This document shows positions 15,846 through 24,054 of a stretch of DNA of 64,000 nt, in pieces (positions within the stretch are counted from its first letter, which is position 1; every line of letters starts with the position of its first letter). The stretch lies in the IMG/VR virus record IMGVR_UViG_3300050120_000279; one strand, 5' to 3'. A program made the translations under genes and the position numbers. The notes under the pieces are model-generated. The model saw nothing but the letters and a program-made list of their open reading frames with translations. It ran no database searches and was not told where the DNA came from. This DNA comes from a virus. Its lineage: Duplodnaviria > Heunggongvirae > Uroviricota > Caudoviricetes.

Positions 15846-18086
15846 ATGGAATCTATTCGCGGTACCATCACGAAGTTCGTTTATAAGCACCCGACCTCCG
15901 GATGGAAGGTCGCCAAGTTCAAGCCGTCGGACGGCACCCCTGAGTTCGATATCAAGGGTGAAATCGCCGAGTCCAATCTCGACTTCGAACTGACGATCAA
16001 GGGCGACTGGGTAGAGAACGGCACCTATGGTCGTGGCTTTCAGGTCAATAACTGTATCCGCATCCCGCCGACTACGAGCGAAGCCCTACAGCAATGGCTC
16101 GTCTCCAACATCAAGGGTATCGGCGCTGGCATGGCGAAGAAGATCTTCGAGAAGTTCGGCACAGAGCTTCGGAATGTTATCGAGACCGACCCCGCGCAGC
16201 TGGCTGAAATCAAAGGCTTGACGAAGGCTACGGCTCTCAACATCAACATGACCTGGATCGCGGATGCTCTTGACCGTGAGGTGCAGCTCATTCTGTCTCA
16301 GGGGAACATCTCTGACAAGCTGTCCAAGAAGGTCATCAAAGAGTATGGCACTGACTCTGTTCAGGTTATTCAGGACAACCCCTACAAGCTCACCAAGGTC
16401 TCCGGCATCGGCTTCAAAACCGCTGACAAGATGGCATTGGGTATGGGCTGGTCGGAACAGCGCCCTGAACGTCTCGATGCGGCCATCAGCTTCCTTCTCT
16501 TCGAAGCCTATGACAATGGGCATTCTTTCCTGCACAAGAGCGAGTTGATCGAGAAGATCTGCCGGCTCGCTGAGCTGGAAGGACCGAATGGCACAGAGTT
16601 GCTGCCCGAGGCCAATGCCATCGCGGCCATCGATCGCGTTATCGAGATGGAAGACGTCGTGCTCGAGGTTCTCAAGACCGGAACTGTCACCCACTACCTG
16701 TGCTATCTCCCGTTTGTTCACAAGCTGGAAGTAGAAGCGGCGACACGCATCGCTGAGCTGCAGACCACACCTCACCCTACGGTCAAGAACATCGACAAGA
16801 TCCTGGCCAAGGTGGAGGTCGAACTAGGGCTTCAGCTGTCAGATCGGCAGCAGGATGGAGTTGTCTCCGTACTCAGCAACAACTGCTCGATCATCACAGG
16901 TCTGCCTGGCACCGGAAAGACCTCGACCGTCAAGGCCTTGGTTCACACGGCGCGTGCCCTTGGTCTGGCTGTGCAGCTGGCCGCCCCAACAGGCCGTGCG
17001 GCGAAGCGCCTGAGCGAAGTGACTGGTATGCAGGCTCTGACGATTCACCGTCTGCTTCGGTTCGACTATGAAACCGGGGACTTTCACTATAACGCGAAGA
17101 ACAAACTCCCAGTGGGCATGCTCATCCTTGATGAAGCATCCATGATTGATCTTTCGTTGATGGTCTCCGTGCTTCGCGCGGTGCCAGATGACTGCTCGAT
17201 TGCATTCATTGGGGATATCAATCAGCTTCCAAGTGTGGGCGCCGGCGTTGTCCTAAAGGATCTGATCAATTCGAGGCAGGTTCATACGACTGTACTCGAC
17301 AAGATCTTCCGCCAGGCTGAGGGCTCTCTGATCATTCAGAATGCTCACCGCATTCACAAAGGGGAGATGCCTCAGTTCCCACCCAAGGGAGCTGATGGGG
17401 ATAGCTTCTGGATTCCTGTACCTCGCGTCAAGAACGACGACACCGGTAAAACTACCGATGATGTGGAGTTCGTCAAATCGAAACTGGTTGACATCTACAA
17501 GCGACTTGAAGCGAAAGGCTTTGATCCGGTTCAGGATATCCAGGTGTTGACGCCCATGCGGGTTGGTCCCGCCGGCTACAACGTCTTCAACCAGGTGATC
17601 CAGCAGATCGTAAACCCGGAAGGTGAGCGCGTCGAGATCAACGGGAACCTGTTCCGTGTCGGCGATCGCATCATGCAGACGAAGAATGACTATACGTTGG
17701 AAGTATTCAACGGAGACGTCGGCTTCGTTCGTGAGGTGAAGATGGATGAGAAAGGATTACTCATCGAGTGGTCCGATCGTCAGCAACTCTATCCCTTTGA
17801 CATGGTGGAGAATCTCGCGTTGTCCTATGCGGTGTCTGTTCACAAAGCCCAAGGGTCCGAATTTCCGGTTACGATTATCCTCTTGCTGAACCATCACTAC
17901 GTTCTTCTTGATCGGAACATGATCTACACCGCAGGGACCCGAGCGAAGAAGATGTGCATCTATCTGGCCTCTCAAGGCGCGATGGAGCTCGCAGTGAAGA
18001 CGCAACATGTTCTGAAGCGCAACAGCCTGCTGGCTCAACGCATCAAGCACGCTGTCAAGAGTGAACAGAAACTGCTAGCGGCGTAA
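15846..18086 (+). CDS. RecD-like (RecD2) ATP-dependent DNA helicase
   Basis: Walker A ITGLPGTGKTST, Walker B LILDEASM, C-terminal SYAVSVHKAQGSEFPVTII; N-terminal HhH-containing region. Confidence 0.8.
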   Translation: MESIRGTITKFVYKHPTSGWKVAKFKPSDGTPEFDIKGEIAESNLDFELTIKGDWVENGTYGRGFQVNNCIRIPPTTSEALQQWLVSNIKGIGAGMAKKIFEKFGTELRNVIETDPAQLAEIKGLTKATALNINMTWIADALDREVQLILSQGNISDKLSKKVIKEYGTDSVQVIQDNPYKLTKVSGIGFKTADKMALGMGWSEQRPERLDAAISFLLFEAYDNGHSFLHKSELIEKICRLAELEGPNGTELLPEANAIAAIDRVIEMEDVVLEVLKTGTVTHYLCYLPFVHKLEVEAATRIAELQTTPHPTVKNIDKILAKVEVELGLQLSDRQQDGVVSVLSNNCSIITGLPGTGKTSTVKALVHTARALGLAVQLAAPTGRAAKRLSEVTGMQALTIHRLLRFDYETGDFHYNAKNKLPVGMLILDEASMIDLSLMVSVLRAVPDDCSIAFIGDINQLPSVGAGVVLKDLINSRQVHTTVLDKIFRQAEGSLIIQNAHRIHKGEMPQFPPKGADGDSFWIPVPRVKNDDTGKTTDDVEFVKSKLVDIYKRLEAKGFDPVQDIQVLTPMRVGPAGYNVFNQVIQQIVNPEGERVEINGNLFRVGDRIMQTKNDYTLEVFNGDVGFVREVKMDEKGLLIEWSDRQQLYPFDMVENLALSYAVSVHKAQGSEFPVTIILLLNHHYVLLDRNMIYTAGTRAKKMCIYLASQGAMELAVKTQHVLKRNSLLAQRIKHAVKSEQKLLAA

Positions 18087-18095
18087 AGGAAACCC

Positions 18096-18467
18096 ATGAA
18101 CAAGATGTTGTCCCTGGTCACTCACGCAATAGTGAGTGTACCGACTCAGAAGGATGCCAAGGCTAGTAACACCTATGCAATGGTGACTCTGTGCTTTGGA
18201 CCTGGTGACGACACAGCTCTGTCTGGTTTCAGATACACCCGCAACGAAGAAGGCAAGCCCATGTGGCAGGTTCCGATGTTCGATTCCTATCGAGACGAAC
18301 GCCATGTGAGCTTGCCGGTTTTCAAGGGGGCTCTGTTCCTGGACTGCACGCGGATCGCATCTGCCTCAGTCGCAGCCATTACGAAACAGCTCGGCAAATC
18401 CAGCTGGGGCAAACAGTATCACGTATTCAAAGACCGGGTTGAGGAAATCGACCTACCGAAAGAGTGA
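18096..18467 (+). CDS. hypothetical protein
   Basis: 123 aa ORF. Confidence 0.4.
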   Translation: MNKMLSLVTHAIVSVPTQKDAKASNTYAMVTLCFGPGDDTALSGFRYTRNEEGKPMWQVPMFDSYRDERHVSLPVFKGALFLDCTRIASASVAAITKQLGKSSWGKQYHVFKDRVEEIDLPKE

Positions 18468-18471
18468 AGAC

Positions 18472-19332
18472 ATGGCAAAGAAAGCAGTTGTAGAAATCTC
18501 CCCGAGCTCCAATGAGTTCACACGCTATCCGTACCTGGATTCCGAAGGTCGTCTGACAGAGCGCGCTCTCTTTCAGCTCAACAAGCCGTTCGATCCTATG
18601 GACCTGAAGTGGCTACCGACGGACGTCAAGCGTGAAGGAAATGACGAGACGGCTTTGGCGCTCGTCTACACCGACCCCCGCACCTATCACGAGCGTCTGG
18701 ATCTGGTGTTCGGACCCGGCAATTGGGGCAGTTCGATCTCCTTCACGACGGCCTCGTACTTCAAGGCGATCCCGAAGAAGATGGGCTACGGCGCCAACAA
18801 GGACACCGTCCTATCTGAGGCTCGGGATGTCACTGGTTTCAAGATCTTTGCCATCGTGAACCTTCAGATCGCCGGCCTTGGGACCAAGTCCTCGACCGGG
18901 GAAGAGGATACCAGCGACGGCAATGCGGCTACTTCGGCTGAGGCTCAGGCCTTCAAGCGCGCCTGCTCGCAGATCGGAATCGGAAGGTATTTCTACTCAT
19001 TCCCCCGGGAGCGCATGCCCTACGGCTATGGCAAGTTCAAGGAGTTCCCGAAGCTCCCTCCCTTCGCCATCCCCCAGGCTGAGTGCGCTCAGGAGGGCTT
19101 GCCGCTTCCAGAGAGCTTCACCTTCGTCAACAACAAGGGTGTCGACGAGACGTGGAGCAAGGCCAAGGTCATCGAGACCTCCCAGAAGTACTTCGGGAAG
19201 ATCTACAGTGGCCCGGTCCTGATCGAGAAGATCCAGGAACTCCGTGTTGAGAAGGAACGCAAGGCTGCGCAGACCAAGCCTGCTGCTGTCGTTCCGGCAG
19301 CTGAGACACCAGTAGAGGAGAAAGCCGCTTGA
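18472..19332 (+). CDS. Rad52/Sak-like single-strand annealing protein (candidate)
   Basis: AEAQAFKRACSQIGIGRYFY resembles the Rad52-family C-terminal core motif; start set to the ATG after GAGTGA RBS. Confidence 0.5.
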   Translation: MAKKAVVEISPSSNEFTRYPYLDSEGRLTERALFQLNKPFDPMDLKWLPTDVKREGNDETALALVYTDPRTYHERLDLVFGPGNWGSSISFTTASYFKAIPKKMGYGANKDTVLSEARDVTGFKIFAIVNLQIAGLGTKSSTGEEDTSDGNAATSAEAQAFKRACSQIGIGRYFYSFPRERMPYGYGKFKEFPKLPPFAIPQAECAQEGLPLPESFTFVNNKGVDETWSKAKVIETSQKYFGKIYSGPVLIEKIQELRVEKERKAAQTKPAAVVPAAETPVEEKAA

Positions 19333-20546
19333 AGTTCAAGATGAAAGTCGGCGAGCTCGTAGAGAAGATTTCGCAGGCGGCGATCACCATCGACATCAAG
19401 TCGGTGGACCAGCCGAACAGCAAAGTCTTTCTACGGGCCGCCCAAGGTAAGGACGGCAACGGTGTCGTCTATTTCTACTCGACCACACAGAAGGCTCGGA
19501 CGTTTCTCAAGAATGAAGCTGAGATCATTGAAGCGGGCGAAGGCCTGATCGATGCAGCCAAGCTCTTGGGTGGGCTCCAGGGCCGGGACTCCGAACTGAT
19601 TGCTCAGGTAGATGTGCAGGATAAGAAGATCATTGTGTCCATTGGGCGCAATCGCTTCCAGCTTCCCGTCTCTGCCGGCAGTGAGAGGTTGTCCAAGGAA
19701 GTGGATCTCCTCCCGTTCAAGGTACCCGCTCTGGCAACGATTCAGGCTGGTCTTCTGCTCGAGTTCATCCGCCGGACGACCTTCTGTATATCTTCGGCCA
19801 GCAACAGCCAGCAGAAGTTCGCCATGGATGTCCTTCATCTCAAGAAGAACGGGGCCGTCTACCAGGGTCAGGCGACGGATGGCAACATCTTCTCGCTGCA
19901 TTATGGCCCAGCCGAGGGTGAGAACGAGCTGCCCAGCCTTCTGATTCCGCAGGATGTACTGGATCCGCTCCAGAAGATCCTCGGGAAGCATAGGGATGAG
20001 GAGATCGAACTGATCAGCGCCTCCTATCCGGACACCGTTCAGGAACTCTTCTTCCGTGGGAAGGGCGTTCTGTTCGGATGCTCACTCCGCAGCGGCCGAT
20101 TCCCCAACATCAGTCTCCTCGCTGAACAGCACAAGCCCGCTTTCGAGTTCACTACGAATCGTGAAGAGCTGAAGGGTGCCCTGGTACGCGCGAGTAACTT
20201 CGTCGTCGAGGGGGTCCGGAACGTGCAGTTCCTCTTCGAGAACAAGGGCATCGTCAAGATCAAAGCGAACAATGACTACTCCGATATCAAGGAGGAGTTG
20301 GAGTTCGAGGTGATCTCTGGTGAGTTTGTGCCCATGCAGGTCACGCTTGCACTGGACTACATCGCCAATGTAGTGGGAACTCTGAAGGGTGACTCGATCA
20401 TCCTCGGCGTCCACCCGGAGAAGCTGAAGGCGTTGGTAGCACGCAGAGAGGATCGTACGGATGAAGAAGAGTCCAAGCTCATCGTCGGTTCCACTTACGC
20501 CATTAGCCCAGTCAAACCTACAGCACCAGGAACCAAGCATGGATGA
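19329..20546 (+). CDS. DNA polymerase sliding clamp (DnaN-like beta clamp)
   Basis: N-terminal MKFKM...ELVEKISQ...GRNRFQLPV pattern parallels DnaN (MKF..ERE.L...SGRSRFSL); about 400 aa, three-domain size. Confidence 0.6.
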   Translation: MKFKMKVGELVEKISQAAITIDIKSVDQPNSKVFLRAAQGKDGNGVVYFYSTTQKARTFLKNEAEIIEAGEGLIDAAKLLGGLQGRDSELIAQVDVQDKKIIVSIGRNRFQLPVSAGSERLSKEVDLLPFKVPALATIQAGLLLEFIRRTTFCISSASNSQQKFAMDVLHLKKNGAVYQGQATDGNIFSLHYGPAEGENELPSLLIPQDVLDPLQKILGKHRDEEIELISASYPDTVQELFFRGKGVLFGCSLRSGRFPNISLLAEQHKPAFEFTTNREELKGALVRASNFVVEGVRNVQFLFENKGIVKIKANNDYSDIKEELEFEVISGEFVPMQVTLALDYIANVVGTLKGDSIILGVHPEKLKALVARREDRTDEEESKLIVGSTYAISPVKPTAPGTKHG

Positions 20547-20721
20547 GCTCGTTCTCTTTCTGGCAGCCAGATTCCTCTCTAAGAGCTTCTGGCTGCTGGT
20601 ACTGAGCACGTTCTTCGGTGTGTTGCTCTTCGCTATGAGGTCCTACTACCGCAACGAAGTGTTTCAGGACGCGACCAAAGCGTCGTGGCGCATGGGGAGA
20701 GGCAATGCAAATCGGTTTTAG
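20539..20721 (+). CDS. small membrane protein
   Basis: Hydrophobic 60 aa ORF (internal ATG of 20461..20721). Confidence 0.3.
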   Translation: MDELVLFLAARFLSKSFWLLVLSTFFGVLLFAMRSYYRNEVFQDATKASWRMGRGNANRF

Positions 20722-21430
20722 GATACTGGAAGACTTTGAACAAGAGGACATCAACGAGGTGCTCAAGGAGCTCTCGGTGTTCTGTTCCTCCTGCAGGCTT
20801 TCCCAGAGCCATCCCTTCAACCGGGGGATGGTTACTCGGGGGAATCCGCTCGCCAAGATCGCGATCGTCGGCGCCCAACCCAACGACTCGGAAACTGAAA
20901 AGGGTGTGCCCCTCGTGGGCATGGCCGGCAAAGAGTTCGAGAAATGGATGAACCATATCGGTGTCGACACACAGCGCGACACCTTCGTTACCAATGTGAT
21001 CCAGTGCCAGCCTCCGAAGAAGAAGATCAACAATCGGATGCGCACCAGGGATCCTGAGAAAGATGAGATCAATGCCTGCTTCGGCCCACGTGCCCTTAGA
21101 GTGCTTCGCGCTATGCCTAACCTTGAGGTCGTTATTGTTCTGGGTTGGATTGCGGCGAAGGCCTTTCTGGGGACCTCGAACGACGAGAATGTCCCGAAAA
21201 CCAAGACGCATGAGGGGCAGTGGTTTGAGTCCTCGCTTCTCCCCGGCAAGGCGATCTTCTGCATTAGCAATCCGATAGACATTATCCACCTTGAGAGCCC
21301 TGAAAAGCGCATGGTCATCCAGAAGTTCCTCGACTACTTCAAGCGTGAAGTGTTCGAGCAGAAGAAGGTCCTTGGGCTAGCCAAGGTTGCCCAGGAGCGC
21401 CGTGAGGAGCTTGGGCTTGGAGTATTCTAA
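20705..21430 (+). CDS. uracil-DNA glycosylase superfamily protein (family 4-like)
   Basis: IVGAQPNDSETEKGVPLVGMAGKEF and NVIQCQPPKKKINNRMRTRDPEKDEINAC correspond to UDG family 4 motifs (GE.PG...PFVG.AG and N.V.CRPP.NR.P...E...C). Confidence 0.6.
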   Translation: MQIGFRILEDFEQEDINEVLKELSVFCSSCRLSQSHPFNRGMVTRGNPLAKIAIVGAQPNDSETEKGVPLVGMAGKEFEKWMNHIGVDTQRDTFVTNVIQCQPPKKKINNRMRTRDPEKDEINACFGPRALRVLRAMPNLEVVIVLGWIAAKAFLGTSNDENVPKTKTHEGQWFESSLLPGKAIFCISNPIDIIHLESPEKRMVIQKFLDYFKREVFEQKKVLGLAKVAQERREELGLGVF

Positions 21431-21747
21431 TGCCCCTACCCATGAGGGAACAGGAACTTGTTGACACTGGCGCCCCGAAGGTCTTCGCCTTCTGGAAGTA
21501 TGATCTGTTCCCCTTCATGCTCGGAGGTGAAGGCTACCTCGTTGAATGGGGCAAGGTTTACGTTCCGTCGTACCAGAACACGTTCAAACCGATCATCACT
21601 CTCAATAAGGCAGATGGTCAAAAGCTTCACGACGAACTGAAGATCCTTGAGCATGAACATTATGCAGCGAAGCAGCAACTCGCAGAAAGATTCCGCGGAC
21701 AACGCGATGGCATCTTGAAGCGTCACGGACAGGAGTATCCAAAGTGA
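21430..21747 (+). CDS. hypothetical protein
   Basis: 105 aa ORF. Confidence 0.35.
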   Translation: MPLPMREQELVDTGAPKVFAFWKYDLFPFMLGGEGYLVEWGKVYVPSYQNTFKPIITLNKADGQKLHDELKILEHEHYAAKQQLAERFRGQRDGILKRHGQEYPK

Positions 21748-22010
21748 AGAAGTATGTCATCGAGTTTCTGTATTGCGATAACAACCAGTTGTATCAGGAA
21801 GATGTCGAACTGACTCTTGATCAGCGAGCACGCCTGCTGATCTTCCTCTGTGGACTTGAGACTAATGGTGTCATCGAGAGTACAGAAGAGGCCAGTGAGT
21901 TCATTTATGAATACACCGAACCCAACTTCATCAAGTTTGATCGACTAAAGGCTCTATGGAGCCAAGGATCGCTGATAGATTCTGCCGATATGTATGGAGT
22001 AATTCTATGA
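21744..22010 (+). CDS. hypothetical protein
   Basis: 88 aa ORF. Confidence 0.35.
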   Translation: MKKYVIEFLYCDNNQLYQEDVELTLDQRARLLIFLCGLETNGVIESTEEASEFIYEYTEPNFIKFDRLKALWSQGSLIDSADMYGVIL

Positions 22011-23065
22011 CGACCAGAAGAAACCTGAGTGTTGAACTGCGGCCTCAGCGCCTATCCGAGTTGGTTGGCCAGGAGGGTGTCGTTGCCAGTCTTCGACGCA
22101 ATTTCGGTGCCGGCAGCGTGCCCATTGGTATCCTGCTGACCGGCTCCTTTGGTCAGGGTAAAACGACGATCGCTCGAATTCTGGGTATGGCTTTCAACTG
22201 CACTCACCAGGTCCAGTTTGGTGAGACCTGTGTCGATTGTCTCGACAATGCAGACATGTTCAACATCTTTGAGCTGAACTGTGCGGACTTGACGACCATC
22301 GACCAGATGAAAGAGTTCCTGCCCAAACTCTTACCGTACCCGAACTTTGGTAAGTATCGGATCATCATCCTCGATGAAGCACAGCAGATGTCGGACAAGG
22401 CTCAGCAGATCTTGCTGACCCCGCTCGAGGAGCTGGACTCCCATAACATCTTTATCTTCTGCACATCGAACCCGGCAAAGATCAATCAGGCTGTGAAGGA
22501 CAGGTGTAAGCCGTTCGCTATTCCTGATCTGAAACCGGCCGGCGTGACTGCTCTGGTCAACAGGACCGTGGAGCTGGCTGTCTCCCGCTATGGAATGCCT
22601 TCCATCCCGATGGATCCTCTCATCGAGATGCTGCATACCGCTCAGGTGTTCAGCTCGCGCAATGTAGTCATGGCTGTCGAGATGTTCCTTGAAGGGTCGA
22701 CGGCGGCCCAGGCGATCGTCATCAAGGACGCGGGCGAGGTAGACTACTTCTCCCTCAATGCCGCTGTAGGGCAGGGTAAGTGGGAACCAGCTCGTAAGAT
22801 TCTCCAGATGGCCAAGCCGGCGGATGGTGCCCAGGTGAAGATGCGTCTCTCAGCATTCTTCCGGTACAAGTTGCTGGAAACCCCTGCTGGGAGCCGGGCC
22901 GATCTTCTGTCACTCTTTATAAGGGAGTTGGGAGATGCGGCCGCTGTCGAGTCTGGTCTTGAATTATCCCTTGTCGTCAGTGCGGTCTACCGGATCTGCC
23001 AGACGATCGAGAACGTGAAGAGCAAGACTTCCACTAACAATCCAGTGTTGATCAAGGCGGCGTAA
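22007..23065 (+). CDS. clamp loader AAA+ ATPase subunit (DnaX/RFC-like)
   Basis: Walker A GILLTGSFGQGKTT, Walker B IIILDEAQQMS, sensor region; located just downstream of the clamp gene. Confidence 0.65.
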   Translation: MTTRRNLSVELRPQRLSELVGQEGVVASLRRNFGAGSVPIGILLTGSFGQGKTTIARILGMAFNCTHQVQFGETCVDCLDNADMFNIFELNCADLTTIDQMKEFLPKLLPYPNFGKYRIIILDEAQQMSDKAQQILLTPLEELDSHNIFIFCTSNPAKINQAVKDRCKPFAIPDLKPAGVTALVNRTVELAVSRYGMPSIPMDPLIEMLHTAQVFSSRNVVMAVEMFLEGSTAAQAIVIKDAGEVDYFSLNAAVGQGKWEPARKILQMAKPADGAQVKMRLSAFFRYKLLETPAGSRADLLSLFIRELGDAAAVESGLELSLVVSAVYRICQTIENVKSKTSTNNPVLIKAA

Positions 23066-23991
23066 TGAAAGTACTTACAGACGAGCAGCTGACTCTCATG
23101 CAACAGCACGCAGACCAGCCGATTCCGCCGTTTGCGCCCCATCCTGATCGGCACTACCGGGCGGTGGACACCTACCTGGAGAGCTGGCCGAATGATCTTC
23201 GGTCACTCTCGGTAGCTCAGATCGATATCCCACTGACCCTGGAGGAGTGCACGATCCTGGGTTCGCAGATCGCGGACTTCGGACAGTCGTTTGCACCCGA
23301 ACCCCTACCAGCACATGATCTGATTGCGAAGGTGCAAACAGCTTCCGAGAAGATGCCTGGTCCGTTCTTCGTCCGCCTGGGTTCACGAAGCCCCAAGGAT
23401 GCCCTTTACTGGTTCAAGGACGAGATGAAGGTCGACAATGGAGAGGAAGCTCTCCAACTGCTGACCGCTAGCTCCGAACGTGTCTGGGAAGATCTCCGGA
23501 TCGGCCTGCACTTCGGGTATGCCTCGCACATCTTCCTTCGCCAGTGGACGGAGATGCCTGAATGGTCCGAGTTCCGGTGCTTCATGAAGGGCCGGAAGCT
23601 CATTGCTGTCTCGCAGTACTACTATCGCCAGGCGCACCGTGAACTGATCGAGGACTACGACGGCATCAAGTGGGCCATCGAACAGTTCTTCACCCGTCAG
23701 TTCAAGCATCTTTCACATCTGGATGACGTGGTCTTTGATGTCTTCGTCAAGCAGAAGACCAATGCCGGCACGTTCAATAGCGGTGTCTGTGGCGTGCCTC
23801 CTTGGCGGGCCTGGGAGATCAAGCTCCTCGAGATCAACCCATACTGGAACCTGTGCGATCCTTGCCTCTTCAACTGGAGTGAGCTGGATGCACTAGCCGA
23901 AGGCGGAACTGAATACCAGTTCCGTTTCATCGAGCAGACTGAGCAGTTGATAGGCCACAAGTATTCGGTCGTCAAAGCTGACCAGCTCTAA
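23065..23991 (+). CDS. Cdc123/D123-like ATP-grasp family protein (candidate)
   Basis: FFVRLGSRSPKDA and SEFRCFMKGRKLIAVSQYYY match the two hallmark motifs of the Cdc123 ATP-grasp clade. Confidence 0.5.
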   Translation: MKVLTDEQLTLMQQHADQPIPPFAPHPDRHYRAVDTYLESWPNDLRSLSVAQIDIPLTLEECTILGSQIADFGQSFAPEPLPAHDLIAKVQTASEKMPGPFFVRLGSRSPKDALYWFKDEMKVDNGEEALQLLTASSERVWEDLRIGLHFGYASHIFLRQWTEMPEWSEFRCFMKGRKLIAVSQYYYRQAHRELIEDYDGIKWAIEQFFTRQFKHLSHLDDVVFDVFVKQKTNAGTFNSGVCGVPPWRAWEIKLLEINPYWNLCDPCLFNWSELDALAEGGTEYQFRFIEQTEQLIGHKYSVVKADQL

Positions 23992-24054
23992 GCCTATCCC
24001 TGTATTTGGCCCGGCAGGTCCGACCAATACAGTCGTGTTCTGAAAGGAATACCC

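Noticed and set aside
23992-24054. NrdR-box search upstream of nrdA (imperfect dyad CTGTATTTGG...CCAATACAG)
   Set aside because: Does not match the 16-bp NrdR consensus and occurs once rather than as the usual tandem pair.
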